Shown here: piece after piece, positions 1 through 13,479 of the stretch
Layout of the letters: each line of letters starts with the position of its first letter
Numbering within the stretch: the stretch's first letter is position 1
Source: Octopus bimaculoides
Taxonomy: Eukaryota
Assembly (NCBI RefSeq): GCF_001194135.2
Contig: NC_068988.1
Location: forward strand, 59,348,993-59,412,992
Reading direction: 5' to 3'
DNA length: 64,000 nt
Notes under the pieces: generated by a model
What the model saw: only the letters and a program-made list of their open reading frames with translations
What the model was told of the DNA's origin: nothing
Databases searched by the model: none
Position numbers and translations under genes: made by a program

Positions 1-1010
1 ATATATATATATATATATATATACATATATATAGACATCTGATATATGGATAACATTTTATTAAAAAAATAATCAAAAATGTTTCTTCCTTCATCAGTAG
101 ATAGGTCGACAGATAGTTTGATTGTTATGAAATACGTACATACATGCATACACCCCCCCCCACATATATATATATGTATGTATACATGTATATACAGGCA
201 GCTTAGTATGCACACACACCAAAACATACGTACACGCTTTCGCGAGCATAAACTTACTAGTTCACACACACACTCACACACACACTCACACACACGAACA
301 TGTACATGTTTTCTATGTGTATGTAGGTTAATGTAGCTTTATGTATATGCAGTGTTATTTATATAAAGCCGATTTATGAGAATGTTCTCCATAATTGGCA
401 TCCGTTCTGGTAGTATAGCGCTAAGGCATTCAAATATATTTCAATCAATTTAACATTACGAAGTTATTTTAATTCTTATTACTATTAGTCATTCACGTAT
501 TTCTTCAGAATGTTTATCTTCATTATCGTAATGAAGAGCCATTTGTGCAACCGTATTCATATTGCTACAGTTCCTTTTATATTGTAATTTCTAATATATA
601 TCACTCCGTTCAAATTCCCCCAATGTTGATGTTGCCTTAGTTCTGTCCTTCTACCGATGTAATCAGCTGACCTCTTCCATACAATCATTTGTCATATGCC
701 AAAATTTGAAACGTAGAAAATATGTAACATTCCGTAGAAGTTTTCATAATTTCTTTATAATATTAGAAGTATCAATGTTTGGTTGGTTAATTAATTTTTC
801 CATACAAAATTTTGATCGAATATAGAAACATTATGTGTAAAGAATGGCACAAATAATTTTGATCTCACTTTCAGGGACAGATTAGACATTAGGTTTCGCG
901 CAAGATAGCATGTAAACTGAACGCTGAACAAATAGAAAATTTAAGAAATATAAACAGATATGTTGATATGAAAAGGTTGTGTGTGTGTGTGTTTTTGCGT
1001 GTATACATAC

Positions 1011-1045
<35 letters not shown>

Positions 1046-1384
1046 NNNNNNNNNNNNNNNNNNNNNNNNNNNNNNNNNNNNNNNNNNNNNNNNNNNNNNN
1101 NNNNNNNNNNNNNNNNNNNNNNNNNNNNNNNNNNNNNNNNNNNNNNNNNNNNNNNNNNNNNNNNNNNNNNNNNNNNNNNNNNNNNNNNNNNNNNNNNNNN
1201 NNNNNNNNNNNNNNNNNNNNNNNNNNNNNNNNNNNATATATATATATATATACGTGTGTACGTGTGTATGTATGTCTTCGCGTGTGTCCTATCGTAAAAA
1301 ATGCGCAATTCCAAGAGGAGAGAACGCTGCTCCTGTTCTTGAGGCATTTTTAATTCTCCATACATGACGTGTCACTGCAAAAAA

Positions 1385-2390
1385 TATGTACTTCCATTTC
1401 ACCAGCATATAAAAGGAAAATGGAAAAGATATCTGGAGGACTGCGTTATCATTTTGAATGAGACCATTGATAAACTTGTATAATTTAAATCAATTCTCAA
1501 TAGTATAAACCCTAACATTCATTTTACAGTGGAATAGAACAAAGAACCACTCCCATTCTTAGTTATTATGATTAAAAAAAAATGAACAGCCAAATTGTAA
1601 CTGACATTTATCTGAAACCAACAGACACGAAACAATATCTTCTCTTCTAGCTCATGCTCCGTCTTTGAAACCTCAGAACGACACTAATTGAGAGACAATA
1701 TCCGCCCTGACATATAGACGATGGAAGTAAGCGTGCCAAGAAATTAAGCATTAAATCACTGAGGGAAACAAAACATAACGCCACATCTCAAAACACTACA
1801 GAATATATCAACTCACAAACCCAGAAACAATGAGGCATAACACTCTATTGTATAACATCTACCTATGCTCACTACGGATCCAAAAATGAACACTATTCTG
1901 AACAAACACATTCATCAAATGCAAAAAGCAACACAAATCGCTGAAACCGTTTCTGACAAATGCGAAGCTTTGCATGACAAACACGAAGCCAATAATAAAA
2001 CATGTGAACGCCCAAACTGTGGAACATGCCCCAACCTCTTGGAAGGCTTATAATTCCTATTCAAGCAAAAAGAGAAGTTCACACTTAAAACGAATTCCAC
2101 TTGTACTTCTAAGAATCGATTTCATGCTATTACGCGAACACGGTGTGGACATATCTATATAGCAGAGACAATATGTCACTCAGAGGGAGAAGCACACTAC
2201 ACTGTTACATAAGGAACAGATTCGCTTCTCACCGTACAGACATTTAGAGCGATGTGAATGTAGTATCTAACCAAACTTCAATGTTTTCCTCATCTAGTAC
2301 TACAAAAAACAGTTTCTGTACAGGAACGTTCAAGCAAAGTAAAGGTTCATTTATCGAAAAATACAGAAAATGCCTAAATCTGAACGCATA
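1385..2390 (+). mobile_element. Decayed Penelope-like element 3' part: RT palm/thumb, Cys linker and C-terminal GIY-YIG endonuclease (Neptune-like)
   Basis: Manual translation across stops and frameshifts gives WKRYLEDC at 1421-1444 (RT YLDD motif), TDIYLKPTDTKQYLLF (PLE thumb), KCERPNCGTC (C-x4-C-x2-C linker), TCTSKN..AITRTRCGHIYIAET (GIY-YIG region) and FIEKYRKCLN (C-terminus). Confidence 0.85.
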
Positions 2391-4097
2391 ACCAACTTCA
2401 ATTCATGTTCACATACCCATCACTGTAAATACTCCATCTCACCACGTCAGCTTTTCAGTTTTTTGTGTATTTATTCATCCCCTACCCAAAATATGAGCAA
2501 TTACTTCCCCTGTCCCGAATAATAACGTTCACCACATTACCTCCCCTTAGATTTTTGTCCTTGTTCACTCATTTTAGTCAAACTTCCATACTAAGATCTT
2601 TTTACAAAAATACGAAATTACAATAATTTCAAATCTTACAAAAATAGGAAATTACAATGATTTCAATGTTTTGATCAGCGAAAGCGAAAGTGTCCACAAA
2701 CATAATACTCTTTCAGTTATAAAATATATTAAAACTATGAAAGCTGTGTGCATATTCCTTCTGTTATATACATATATATGTATGAATGTATATATATATA
2801 TATATATNNNNNNNNNNNNNNNNNNNNNNNNNNNNNNNNNNNNNNNNNNNNNNNNNNNNNNNNNNNNNNNNNNNNNNNNNNNNNNNNNNNNNNNNNNNNN
2901 NNNNNNNNNNTATATGTTTGTGTGTGTATGTGTGTTTGTATTCTTTCCATCTTCTGGATTGATGTGCAAATAAAGAAAAAAAATTAGAAAAAAAACTTAA
3001 AGATATATAAGTAACTATTCACCCAGCAAACTTATATAAATCCGCAAGTAGTGTTAAATTTCACACTTTGTCATCAAGCTGAATCATTAAACTAATTGAA
3101 CTTCATAAAACTAATGAATTAATTCATAATTATTTCATCAAGTATTCCTTATAATATTTTAAAATTATTTCCTCTCGTGTAAGAAACAAGAGTTGTATTG
3201 TTTGAATAGTTCATAAAATTCTGTATTAATTAATTCATCATGAAACTAATGATGTTTACTATTTGAAAATTATTTTCGATTTTTTCTATTGCATCACAAT
3301 TTTCAATTGAATGCAACTTGTATAATAAGAAATTAGTCTTCTAATTATCATTCCTATTAAAGCATAATTATCAGCGAATCATTTAAGTGGCGGCGTTTCC
3401 TGCCGACTGATGTTTTCAATCAACGAATTATTGTTGTTGTACAAGCGAAAGAAATATCTTTGTTAGAATCCGCGTCCATTCAACTATGAAAGATTATTAG
3501 AAAGAATGGCACGGATGGACGTCAGACGTTACATCTTTCAATAAAAAAACAACCACACCAGAACATCACACAGCCTCATATGTACATGAATATATACAGA
3601 CGCACACAGGCACACACATACACACGCTCGCGCACACGCGCTGCACTGCCAGGCTGTTTCTACCACACTGTTCATGCTTATAGTATTTTACTATTTCAAA
3701 AAAAGTTAGGATCAATATTAACTACTTATTTCATATTTCTGCTTTTATTCGGAAGTTATTTGCTGTACTTCAAACTGAACGTACTATAACGAATAGAAAA
3801 CTACGGGCTCATCAAAAATTTCAAATAAAATTGCCAAGCTACCAGAAATGCTAGAACGTCAAAAATACGAAAAGAAGTATTTATCCAATCCTTTATACCC
3901 ATGCCTTTATATCTGAGTCTCCTTGTGGAGATGATCCTACAAATTTAATCTCATCATCTCAAATCCCTATACCCGTTAAATTTTCAGATATTCTGGTTTA
4001 CATTGCATTGAAAGTTGTGCACAGCTATATAGGCAGAATAGTGGAGGTCCGTTTTCCATATATGTACATCCATCCATCCATCCATCCATCCATCCAT

Positions 4098-4139
<42 letters not shown>

Positions 4140-4376
4140 NNNNNNNNNNNNNNNNNNNNNNNNNNNNNNNNNNNNNNNNNNNNNNNNNNNNNNNNNNNNN
4201 NNNNNNNNNNNNNNNNNNNNNNNNNNNNNNNNNNNNNNNNNNNNNNNNNNNNNNNNNNNNNNNNNNNNNNNNNNNNNNNNNNNNNNNNNNNNNNNNNNNN
4301 NNNNNNNNNNNNNNNNNNNNNNNNNNNNNNNNNNNNNNNNNNNNNNNNNNNNNNNNNNNNNNNNNNNNNNNNNNNN

Positions 4377-4425
<49 letters not shown>

Positions 4426-4589
4426 ATATACTTTATTTAGAAGCAGCAGAAATGTAACAATTAAAACGGCAAATAAAACGTCATCATCACGGCGATAGTG
4501 GTCAGCAACTAAGTATTTCATCATGTTGAGGTATGGATGTATGTCAGATGGGGCGTAAATCAAGGGAAGAGGTGGATGGTATGATCAAC

Positions 4590-5310
4590 CAGTCCAAAGC
4601 CATAAAGGTAAATTATTATTTCTACGTCTAATATGCGGAAGAATTTTATCAATTATAGCTTTACTAATTCTACCCAAGTCAGGTTTCGTAGGAGAAACTA
4701 ATTGAATACGAGGTTTGCTTTCAAAATCCGGCTTATGATCCTTTAAAATTAAAATGAGGCGTTTTAGGAGTGCGTGGTTCAGTTTTATGAAGGGAGTTTA
4801 ATTCCCTAATGAGCCTTTAATGATTAGTAATATCATTAAGTGCGTTATTAATGGCTACTTTGTACTTAGAATTCAATTCTTTCAGTAACAGTTTATTATA
4901 TTCATTGTTTGGAATTGAATAGATATTTTCGGTTTTATCAGATAAAACATACAAGTTCGGAGAGTCCTTTATACCCTTGATAATTTTGGAGATTTTATTG
5001 TTGAGTGGATTGGTAATCTTCTAAAATTTTAATTTCTGTAAGATGTGGATAAGATCCTTCTTGAAGTTCAATAAGTCCGGATTAGTTGGAGGGTTTCTAC
5101 AGGATTTCAGACTAAATTCGTTGGAAGCATGATTGCTTTCATCGATGATATTGCTGTTTTCTTTATGCATCCGGTCGTAATGGAATGCTCTCCCTCTTTT
5201 TCTTCTTATAAATTCACTAGTTCTTTGCAACAGGATTTCTCTGCATAGCTGTCTAGGTGGTATTGGGATAATTTTTGTTGACAAATCAAGAAATTTTTTC
5301 TCCATTCTTG
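4590..5310 (-). mobile_element. Decayed Penelope-like element of a second type, N-terminal RT region
   Basis: Minus-strand frame MEKKFLDLSTKIIPIPP..LLQRTSEFIRRKRGRAF..FSLKSCRNPP..DLLNFKKDL, then LYVLSDKTENIY and LILKDHKPDFESKPRIQLVSPTKPDLGRISKAIIDKI. This matches the 'YSLKNIPIP..RMRWKA..LKDHK..RLINP.K..LG.ISK' PLE RT signature. Contains stops and a frameshift. Confidence 0.85.
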
Positions 5311-7067
5311 TTACTATATGCTCGGCATGACAAATGTAGAATACGAGCATTTTAATGGAGATAAGGCTCCAATATATAGTGCAACAGTCTTTTTCGCTCT
5401 TATATGAGCTAAAAGTAATAACATATTACATACTTACATTCATACTTAATACTCAGGTGAACGCTTATTACATAAAATGCCCATTGTCCGAAACGTAAAT
5501 GCTTAATTATTGTCTTTAAACTCTTGCATAGATTGTAAACAAATGCACGTTTATTGTACATACATTTGACAAAGTTTTTCGGAAAATGAGAGAACGGGAA
5601 CGATAGCCATGTATCTGACTAACATGCTAGATGAAATTATGAACTCATTCTTGTTCTGTGTATTTAAATCGTTTGGTCGGAAATATGTTTTTGAACTGAA
5701 GAAGTCAAGATTTTCAATTCGAAAATCAATGTTATCTTCTGAACATGTGGGATTATCATTTCCTTTTATATAATGTGACTGCACTCCATATTCACTGTAT
5801 ACAGATTATTCAAGACTCACGAATTTTACAATGATACACTGATTGCATAAAGCAACACTAATATCAATACTAACGGGTGCTTTTGTGACATTAGAACTTA
5901 TTGCCACCATTGATGTCTCGAAATGGGTCTAATTCTTTAAACACAAACATTTTACAAATAACCACTTTGCAATACCGTTATGTGTCTAGTAACGATTGTT
6001 TTACTTTATCTTATTCTTTTTTTGTTTGGTAAAATTATCAATATTATTGGTAACTATGTTCGATAATACTTTGCAAAATATTTCTTCACTGATGCATAGC
6101 AACGTGAATCAGCAATTTTCAAGATATAATTCTGTTGCTACAATTTATTTGTCCAAAATGCACTGTGATATTTCGGCCTATTTTAATTTATCTTGTAAAT
6201 ATTACATGTGTCCTTCACAAACGTTGCTATATTGATGTAACCATCAGAGATTTCTGTTTCCAAAATAAGTATCATTTTGCAAAGGAACAAGTAGCATGCA
6301 TTGTTCTCGAACAATGCATTCAGTGTTTAGACCGAATAACTGAAGCGTTTCATGCTTTCAAACTAAACGTGTTTCATATCATTATAGATTTTTTAAAATA
6401 CCACAAAATATTATACTATGATTTGAGATAAAACATTTTATCTCAAATGTTTTATCTCAATAGTTTTTCGGTTTCCTGGGTTTTTTTCATTGTTATTCTA
6501 TATGCGTCTGCATACTCTCTCGGTGTATGTGCATGTGCATTTGTTAAAATGGCACAAGCAGATCATGTAATGGAAGGATTTTCCTTGGTAGAAGAATATA
6601 ACTTAATACTTGGAACTAAAGACATTATTACTCAAATTCCAGAGACAATATGCAGGAGTTTCTTCGAAAGCTAAAAATAGCTCTGAACTTGCTGGTACCT
6701 AGTCATATTACTGGTACTGAAGTAATGTAAACTTATTCCCGTTCGTAACAGTCAACATTGAAGTGATACACGTTCATTCATTTTTGTACTTGTGATATCA
6801 ATTTAAATTTAAAAATAGATAAATTTAGTTTATAGAAATTAGCAATAGTTGAATCTCGTTAAGTTACTAACATGAAAATTTGATTTGATCTTAGATATCA
6901 TCGTTAACTTCTTCGTTAACCATGAACGCATTAGAGAGTTTGCTCACGAGAGACATATTCCTGGATACAAGAATGGAAACATCAGCACCCAAAGTCTTTC
7001 GCAAACATTAGCAATAAATGATGACGATACTAATGATGATAATCGTCATAATAATTATAATAAGAAG

Positions 7068-7200
7068 GATTTCAAATTTCGGCCCAAGGCCAGCAATTTC
7101 CTACGAGGAGGAATGTCGATTACATCGACCCCAGTCCTCTGTTGGTACTTATTTTAACGGCCCCGAAAGGATGAAAGTCAATATCAGTCTCAGCAAAATC
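7068..7200 (-). mobile_element. SINE fragment (tRNA-type family shared across the window)
   Basis: Reverse complement matches the core of the copies at 26771-27172 (ccccgaaaggatgaaag; cgaccccagt). An AAT/GAT-rich tail lies at ~7015-7062. Confidence 0.75.
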
Positions 7201-10200
7201 ACCATTAAAGAACATGCTGGTGAAAGTTACCGATGGTGATATTCTAAATAGTGATATGCATTAGATTAAGAACAAATTGAAAATCATCAAAACGTTTCAA
7301 GTTATTTCAGCATCACCCATTGAAACCGTTTTTAGCTGTTCAATAATTATCTCTACAAAGCTAAATATGGCTTTTATTTTCACATCTCTACTCTGTTCCC
7401 TCTATTCTGTCCTGAATATCAATCAGTTCGAAGCTCCCTGGTGTTGTGCAACAAGGATTACTCAATTACACCCATATTATCTGCATACGAAAGAGTTTCT
7501 TCTTCAGACAGGAAACCAGTTATAAAGCTACTAACTCGGCAGAACCTCAAACGAGGAGGCATGTGCTATACAGCGATGACTTGGCCACAATTTTCAAACG
7601 AATATTTCTTGCAATTATGACTGTGCTTTATCAAATTGTAAAAAAAAAATCGGACAGAATATGAATCTTCCAAATATTTTTCACATCCAGAATTTTCGGC
7701 GTTTATTGTTATCTGTTAGCACACAGTGAAAAATTCCATGATTGTCGAAATCCGCAACACAATAGCTAGCACGTGCGAATGGTCTGTTTCCTTTTTATGG
7801 CTGTTATACAGTTCACTTTCCTATTTTATTTGTGTTTCACTCAGTGTATTATGCAGGTAGTTTTGGATATCACTATTTTTATTTACTTCAATTCTTACTT
7901 CTGTTTCTTCACGAATTTATTCTTTTCGAATGAGTTGTAGAGCATCAAATGAGCACAGTATTATGCAAAAAAACGTGACATTAATAATCAGAATTATGGT
8001 CACAAATGTGGAATGGGCCAGTAAATAATCTCTGGAATTTGTGGATCACGATAAGTAAAAGAGGAAGTAAATTATGTGAAACATCTTAGAAAATACAGAA
8101 AATAATGCTACCAGAAAACCTGATACTCTACTTCATTGTTGCTATATATTCTTGTACGTCTACACTTAACAAGAAGATAGTAATGGCGAGGAAAAGGGGA
8201 AGAGGGAGAAGGTAAATGTTTGTAATGACCACAACATTTCATAATCAACCTTTCTGAGATTTAGCATAAAGAATGCAGTTTACAGGGAACATTTAGATTA
8301 TATCGACTAAAACAACTGAGTGACGTTTCCTTCTACCGGCCTCGATCTGGCGAGATTTTAAAAACAGAATGGAAAAAGCAGCCAGAAGAATATTAAACAC
8401 ATTTTACACCATGGATTCTGGCCGCTATCGGCCCTAATGGTGATGTGAGTTGTTTTCTGATTTATCAACAATAGCTGAACGAAATGTAGCCAAAATAACA
8501 AAATAAAGTGTGCAAAATACATATGGAATTAAGTAGATAAGATACTTTATGCAATGGCAGAACTTCGAAGACTTCATACCATAGCCGAAATTTGGTTAAA
8601 TGCAGTATGTAGAAAAATAGTATAAATTGATATAAGAAGGAATTAACTCTATTATCCCACACTCACACACAGTTGGGACCTGACATTTCAGCACGCGAAA
8701 ATCAAAGCTTCTGCTTGCCTACCATCACATGATATATTCCTTGATGACTACCGAAGATCCCTCAGAACTCTTGCATAGGGCCATCCGAATGACCCCTATA
8801 TCTTAGGGTCAGAAATATTTTACTCCGTATAATTTCTTTCAGTGTTCACCAATATGCCATCACTTAATCTTTTTCATCGTACTGATTTAATTCCTATGCC
8901 ATCCAATTACTGGTTGGTTTACCCTCCTCCATTTAATATAGTAATTCTAGTAATTACGTTTTTATTTTTCCCTAATCTGTGAAACTGCAGTCGCAGACTT
9001 CCTGCTTTCCTGCGCATTTTCTGAAAGTCTTGTGAGACTTCCTCTTTTACGATTTCATTTTTCCCTTATTGCCATTCCTGTTCAGCTACATCGGATTCCC
9101 ATCATTCTAAGTAGATGCATGGCGTAAATCTGTTAAAAAAGGAAATTTGGGTATTGTCTATAACTAATACCAACCCCAATTGAGAGCGTTTGAACATTAT
9201 TTAATGTTGAGACCATGAATGTGGCGGATGGTTCGGTTTTCCTCGAAGCTGCTGATGCTGTTATTTGTTCGACCGACAACGCTGCTGCAACTGCAGACTG
9301 CTGAGTCTGACCTACCTTACTGCGCTTCTCAATCTCTGGGCAGAACACTTTCAAAGTAGTTCTGTAATATATATCTGGTCGTAATCCTTCAGGACACATA
9401 TTATCTGAAGATGGTGTCATTATAAAAAGTCGTAAAGACTTACATGTCCATACTGCCTTAAATGTACTATGACACAATTAATTGGATGCGTCTTTCATGC
9501 ACAAATTCTACTTGTTTTGGGGATGTCCTTAGATGCTAATTTCAGACTGACATGGAAGCGTGCATTTTTTTTTTGACACGCATGATACTGGTTCTGTTAG
9601 AAATTCAATACTTATTTGAGAGTTTTTATAAAGCGTTTCCACCCTTTGTAAAACAGAGGTATATAATAATATCCCCCTTGCCTGCTTTCAGTTTATTTAT
9701 GGGTAATCAGGTATAATCATCTATCCATTGCAGTGCTTCCGCTGACCCATTTCGGCGTTTTTATTTCTCATTTCATTAATTTCATTAGCACATATGTTAA
9801 ATTGAGATAGTTGTGTGTATATGCATGTCTGTTACTGGTATTCTTATTGTTTTAGCAGTTGTGCTTTCCGGGAAAGATATATCAGTATGTCTAAAGGCTT
9901 ATATCTGTTCACTGAGAGCGCAAAATGTACCATATTTTTAAGGGGAAGAGTTTGGCAAATAAGATGTTTTATTATTTTTCTGTTTAATAGCAGAGGTAAC
10001 GTTTAAAAAATAGCTTTGCGAGGTGTTTTGTTAGAAAACATTTCTCATGAAGTCGAACATATAAATTTTTTGTTGACCGAACTTCAATGTAGTAAAGCAA
10101 TTCCCTCTTGTAAATCTTTTATATATGACATAAATCAATTAATCATTCAAAGAGTGCATGGGAAATCATAGAAACCCATGTAATTTAAATACGAACAAGC

Positions 10201-10608
10201 GCGAGACGAGAAAGCAGCAATAAAACTATGATATACAAAAATGAAATCAAACAATTATGAAAGATAGAGCTTGAAATATTTACAGATAAATCAGGAATAA
10301 GTCAAAAGCATAAACATTTAATGTAATAAGACCAACTGTAGCTGACAGAGTAGAAATATAATTCTGTGCAAAGTTTGACAACATGTGAGAGGCAGTATGC
10401 GTGCCATGAATGGTGAAGTAGTAACTAAATGTGAAGAAGGAATTGTTTCATTTGTGTATATCAAGGAAGATTGAAAGAAGGTATAACGTACTAAAAATGA
10501 ACAACAAATAATAATAGCATTAAACATCTTTTAAAAATTTGAAGAACAAAGTGTTAAAATTATCTCTTCCTTCAGTAAACACATTCTCACTCTCACGCTC
10601 TGTTTCTA

Positions 10609-10610
<2 letters not shown>

Positions 10611-10652
<42 letters not shown>
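10611..10652. repeat. (TC)n microsatellite
   Basis: Direct reading. Confidence 0.95.
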
Positions 10653-10656
<4 letters not shown>

Positions 10657-12654
10657 ACCTTGTCTCTTCCTCTCTCCTCCTTGATATCAGTAACCATAAT
10701 TAAACCACCGCATTTCCCTCAACCTAAAACACTTTGCACGTTTCTCACTTAATCATACACTATCCCAACCCCCGTAGGGGTGGGGGCATTATCGATTTTA
10801 TTGATATCCAATTAGCCTATAATTGAACTCAATGTTAGTTTAACATGTATGCTAAGTTTCGTGAAGATTCCTTCGCTGATATATATCAACAAGATGGTAA
10901 AAGATATATGTAATGTTCACTTTATTAAAGGAGAATATTTCGCAAAGAACATAGTTTGCTGATATCATATAAATTAATAAGTCAAAACTGCATCAAAAAG
11001 AACAAAAACGAAAAGATTAATTATGTCTGATATACAGGATTTTCCCATGCCTAGCCGTCGACAAATGTATGAATGTGTATTAAATGGAATTGATGTTTTA
11101 GCTATATGGTTAAATTTATCTTAAAATCAAATGATTAAGTGAACGTAATGAGAACAGGTGAAACATATCTAATGGCCATAATGATCATATACACTACAAA
11201 ACTATTAGGCAAAATAAATGAAGACATTCTAAACAAAGCGGGAACAAATGATTAAATTGCCATATAAATTTTGATTGCAAATTTCGATAAACTTTACGAA
11301 GTTGGACAAACTTTAAATGAAAATTACTTACAGTATAATTGCGATATGGCTGTCAAATGTAAATGCATGTAGCACCAATTCGGCTTCATTGGGTCACTTG
11401 TGTATTTTGCTCATTTCTGTGTTACATATGTGCAATATGTATGTTTTGAAATTTTACTAGTGATCATTTCTTTTGATACGACTCATGAATTATTAGTGAT
11501 ATTTAATATATGGTATATATGTGTATATNNNNNNNNNNNNNNNNNNNNNNNNNNNNNNNNNNNNNNNNNNNNNNNNNNNNNNNNNNNNNNNNNNNNNNNN
11601 NNNNNNNNNNNNNNNNNNNNNNNNNNNNNNNNNNNNNNATATATAAATATACATATATATATATATATATATACATACATACATACATACATACATAAAC
11701 ATATATTTATATACACACACACCCTGAACATATCATCCTCCATTACGACCTCCGCAGTTACCTGCGGAGGCCAATCCGGGTCTTCAGTCCAGGACAAGAC
11801 CCCCTCCCTCCAGCCCTCTAGCTTCTTCACAAAGCTATGTACCGTCCTTCCCTTATGAAAGAAGATGACAGAATCATCCTTCATCATTATGGGGGGGGGG
11901 GCACAAATTCTCAGCGACGAGGTTTCAGGACATGTCGGCAGTGTACTACTAACCGCTAAAATTCTTATAAAAGAAACTTTCTGCCGGAAAAATACATCCT
12001 TTCGGGATCAAATAAGTATGAGCTGAGCACTGGAGCGATGTAATCCACTTAACTACACTCCTGAAGCTATTGGACTTGTGCCACATTTTAAAACAATTAT
12101 AATACTGAGGGAAACAATTCATCATAGGATTAAATTCTTCGCTAACTATCTTCAAATATGCAAATATATTATATGTGTTGTATACTAAGATCTATCTACA
12201 ATAATATTTCAACCTTCAAATACGCTGTCGTAATTGTTCACAACATTCATTTAAACATTTCCGTTCAACAAAGGAATTTATATTCTTTCATCTCATAATT
12301 CAGACTTAGTATACTTTAAACGGTTTCTTTGGTGTATTTCAATCAATCGATCTTATTCCTTAACTTCTCTCAGTTTTGTCATTTTCCTTCTGATAACTTT
12401 CAAGATTCACCTTTTCCTGTACCATTGTGTTGAACACTCACACACCACTTTCTTCTATAGAAATTATATTCAAAGTCTAAAGGGATGATTAGACCCTTTC
12501 CAAAATTATATTCCACGAAGCGATAAATGGAAGGTGAGACTTGCCACAGTAGCGTTGTTATTGCCAGACACACACATACACACACACAGACACAAATACA
12601 CACAAGCACACACATATACACACAGACACATACACACATGTACATACACATACA

Positions 12655-12875
12655 TACGAAGAGGTGCTCAAAAGTTCCTGGCTTTGGGTAACAGAAAATA
12701 CCGGTGGTTCAGTAAATTATGATTTTATTCAACATATTCCCCTTCCAAATTCAGACATTCATTGCAGCGGTTCCTCGGCTTTTTTAAGCCCTGCAAAAGA
12801 AGTCAGAAATGTGGGTCTCCAACAAGGCAGTTCGCAACATCCATAAAGCCAGGAACATTTCCGCACCCCTTCATA
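12655..12875. mobile_element. Mariner-derived MITE with ~30-bp imperfect TIRs
   Basis: Left end tacgaagaggtgctcaaaagttcctggctttg versus reverse complement of right end tatgaaggggtgcggaaatgttcctggcttta; TA at both termini. Confidence 0.8.
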
Positions 12876-12944
12876 CGTATATGTATGTATGTGCATATTT
12901 TTTTATATACCTAATTAAATACACGCACACACTGACACACACAC

Positions 12945-12961
12945 GGACACACACACACACA

Positions 12962-13038
<77 letters not shown>

Positions 13039-13040
13039 AC
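12945..13040. repeat. (CA)n microsatellite
   Basis: Direct reading. Confidence 0.95.
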
Positions 13041-13274
13041 ATAGTGCTCATCAAACAAAATGATGTAATTGTTTATTCCTCTGTTGCTTATTGGTTTTGT
13101 TGCTTTCACAAACAGAAATATGTCTATATGTTGAGATACTTTTATTTTGATGTAATTCTGAGATGAAGAATGATGAAGGTATAAAATAAGAAAGTATTTT
13201 TTCCCCAAAAGTGTTTACTTTACACACAAAATTTTACTCAGAGGTGTAGCATATAATTTTTAGGATAATGAAAT

Positions 13275-13479
13275 TTGGTCACAAATTTTGGCATAATTCC
13301 TTCAGAGGGGATAAGTCGCTTATATCGATCCCAGTGCTCAACTGTCACATACGTTATCGATCCAGAAATGAGGAAAAGCAAAATTGACCTACACAGAATA
13401 TGAACTCAGAATGTAAAGACGAGCGAAATGTTGTTACGCACTTTGCACAGTGTCGTAACCGTTCTGCCAGTTCGTCACC
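13275..13479 (-). mobile_element. SINE, near full length, diverged
   Basis: Reverse complement has head ggtgacgaactggcagaacggttacg, B-box-like gagttcatattc and the family core. Confidence 0.8.

Noticed and set aside
81-110. CUGAUGA..GAAA on the minus strand
   Set aside because: Only 5 nt between motifs, no helix II and no helix I/III pairing.
6297-6318. 22-bp palindrome tgcattgttc-tc-gaacaatgca containing TTCnnGAA
   Set aside because: Only two heat-shock-element units and no promoter context; could be chance.
8700-9480. Possible LINE relic on the minus strand (ORF 9133-9477)
   Set aside because: Only loose resemblance to RT C-terminal motifs; no diagnostic motif could be read.
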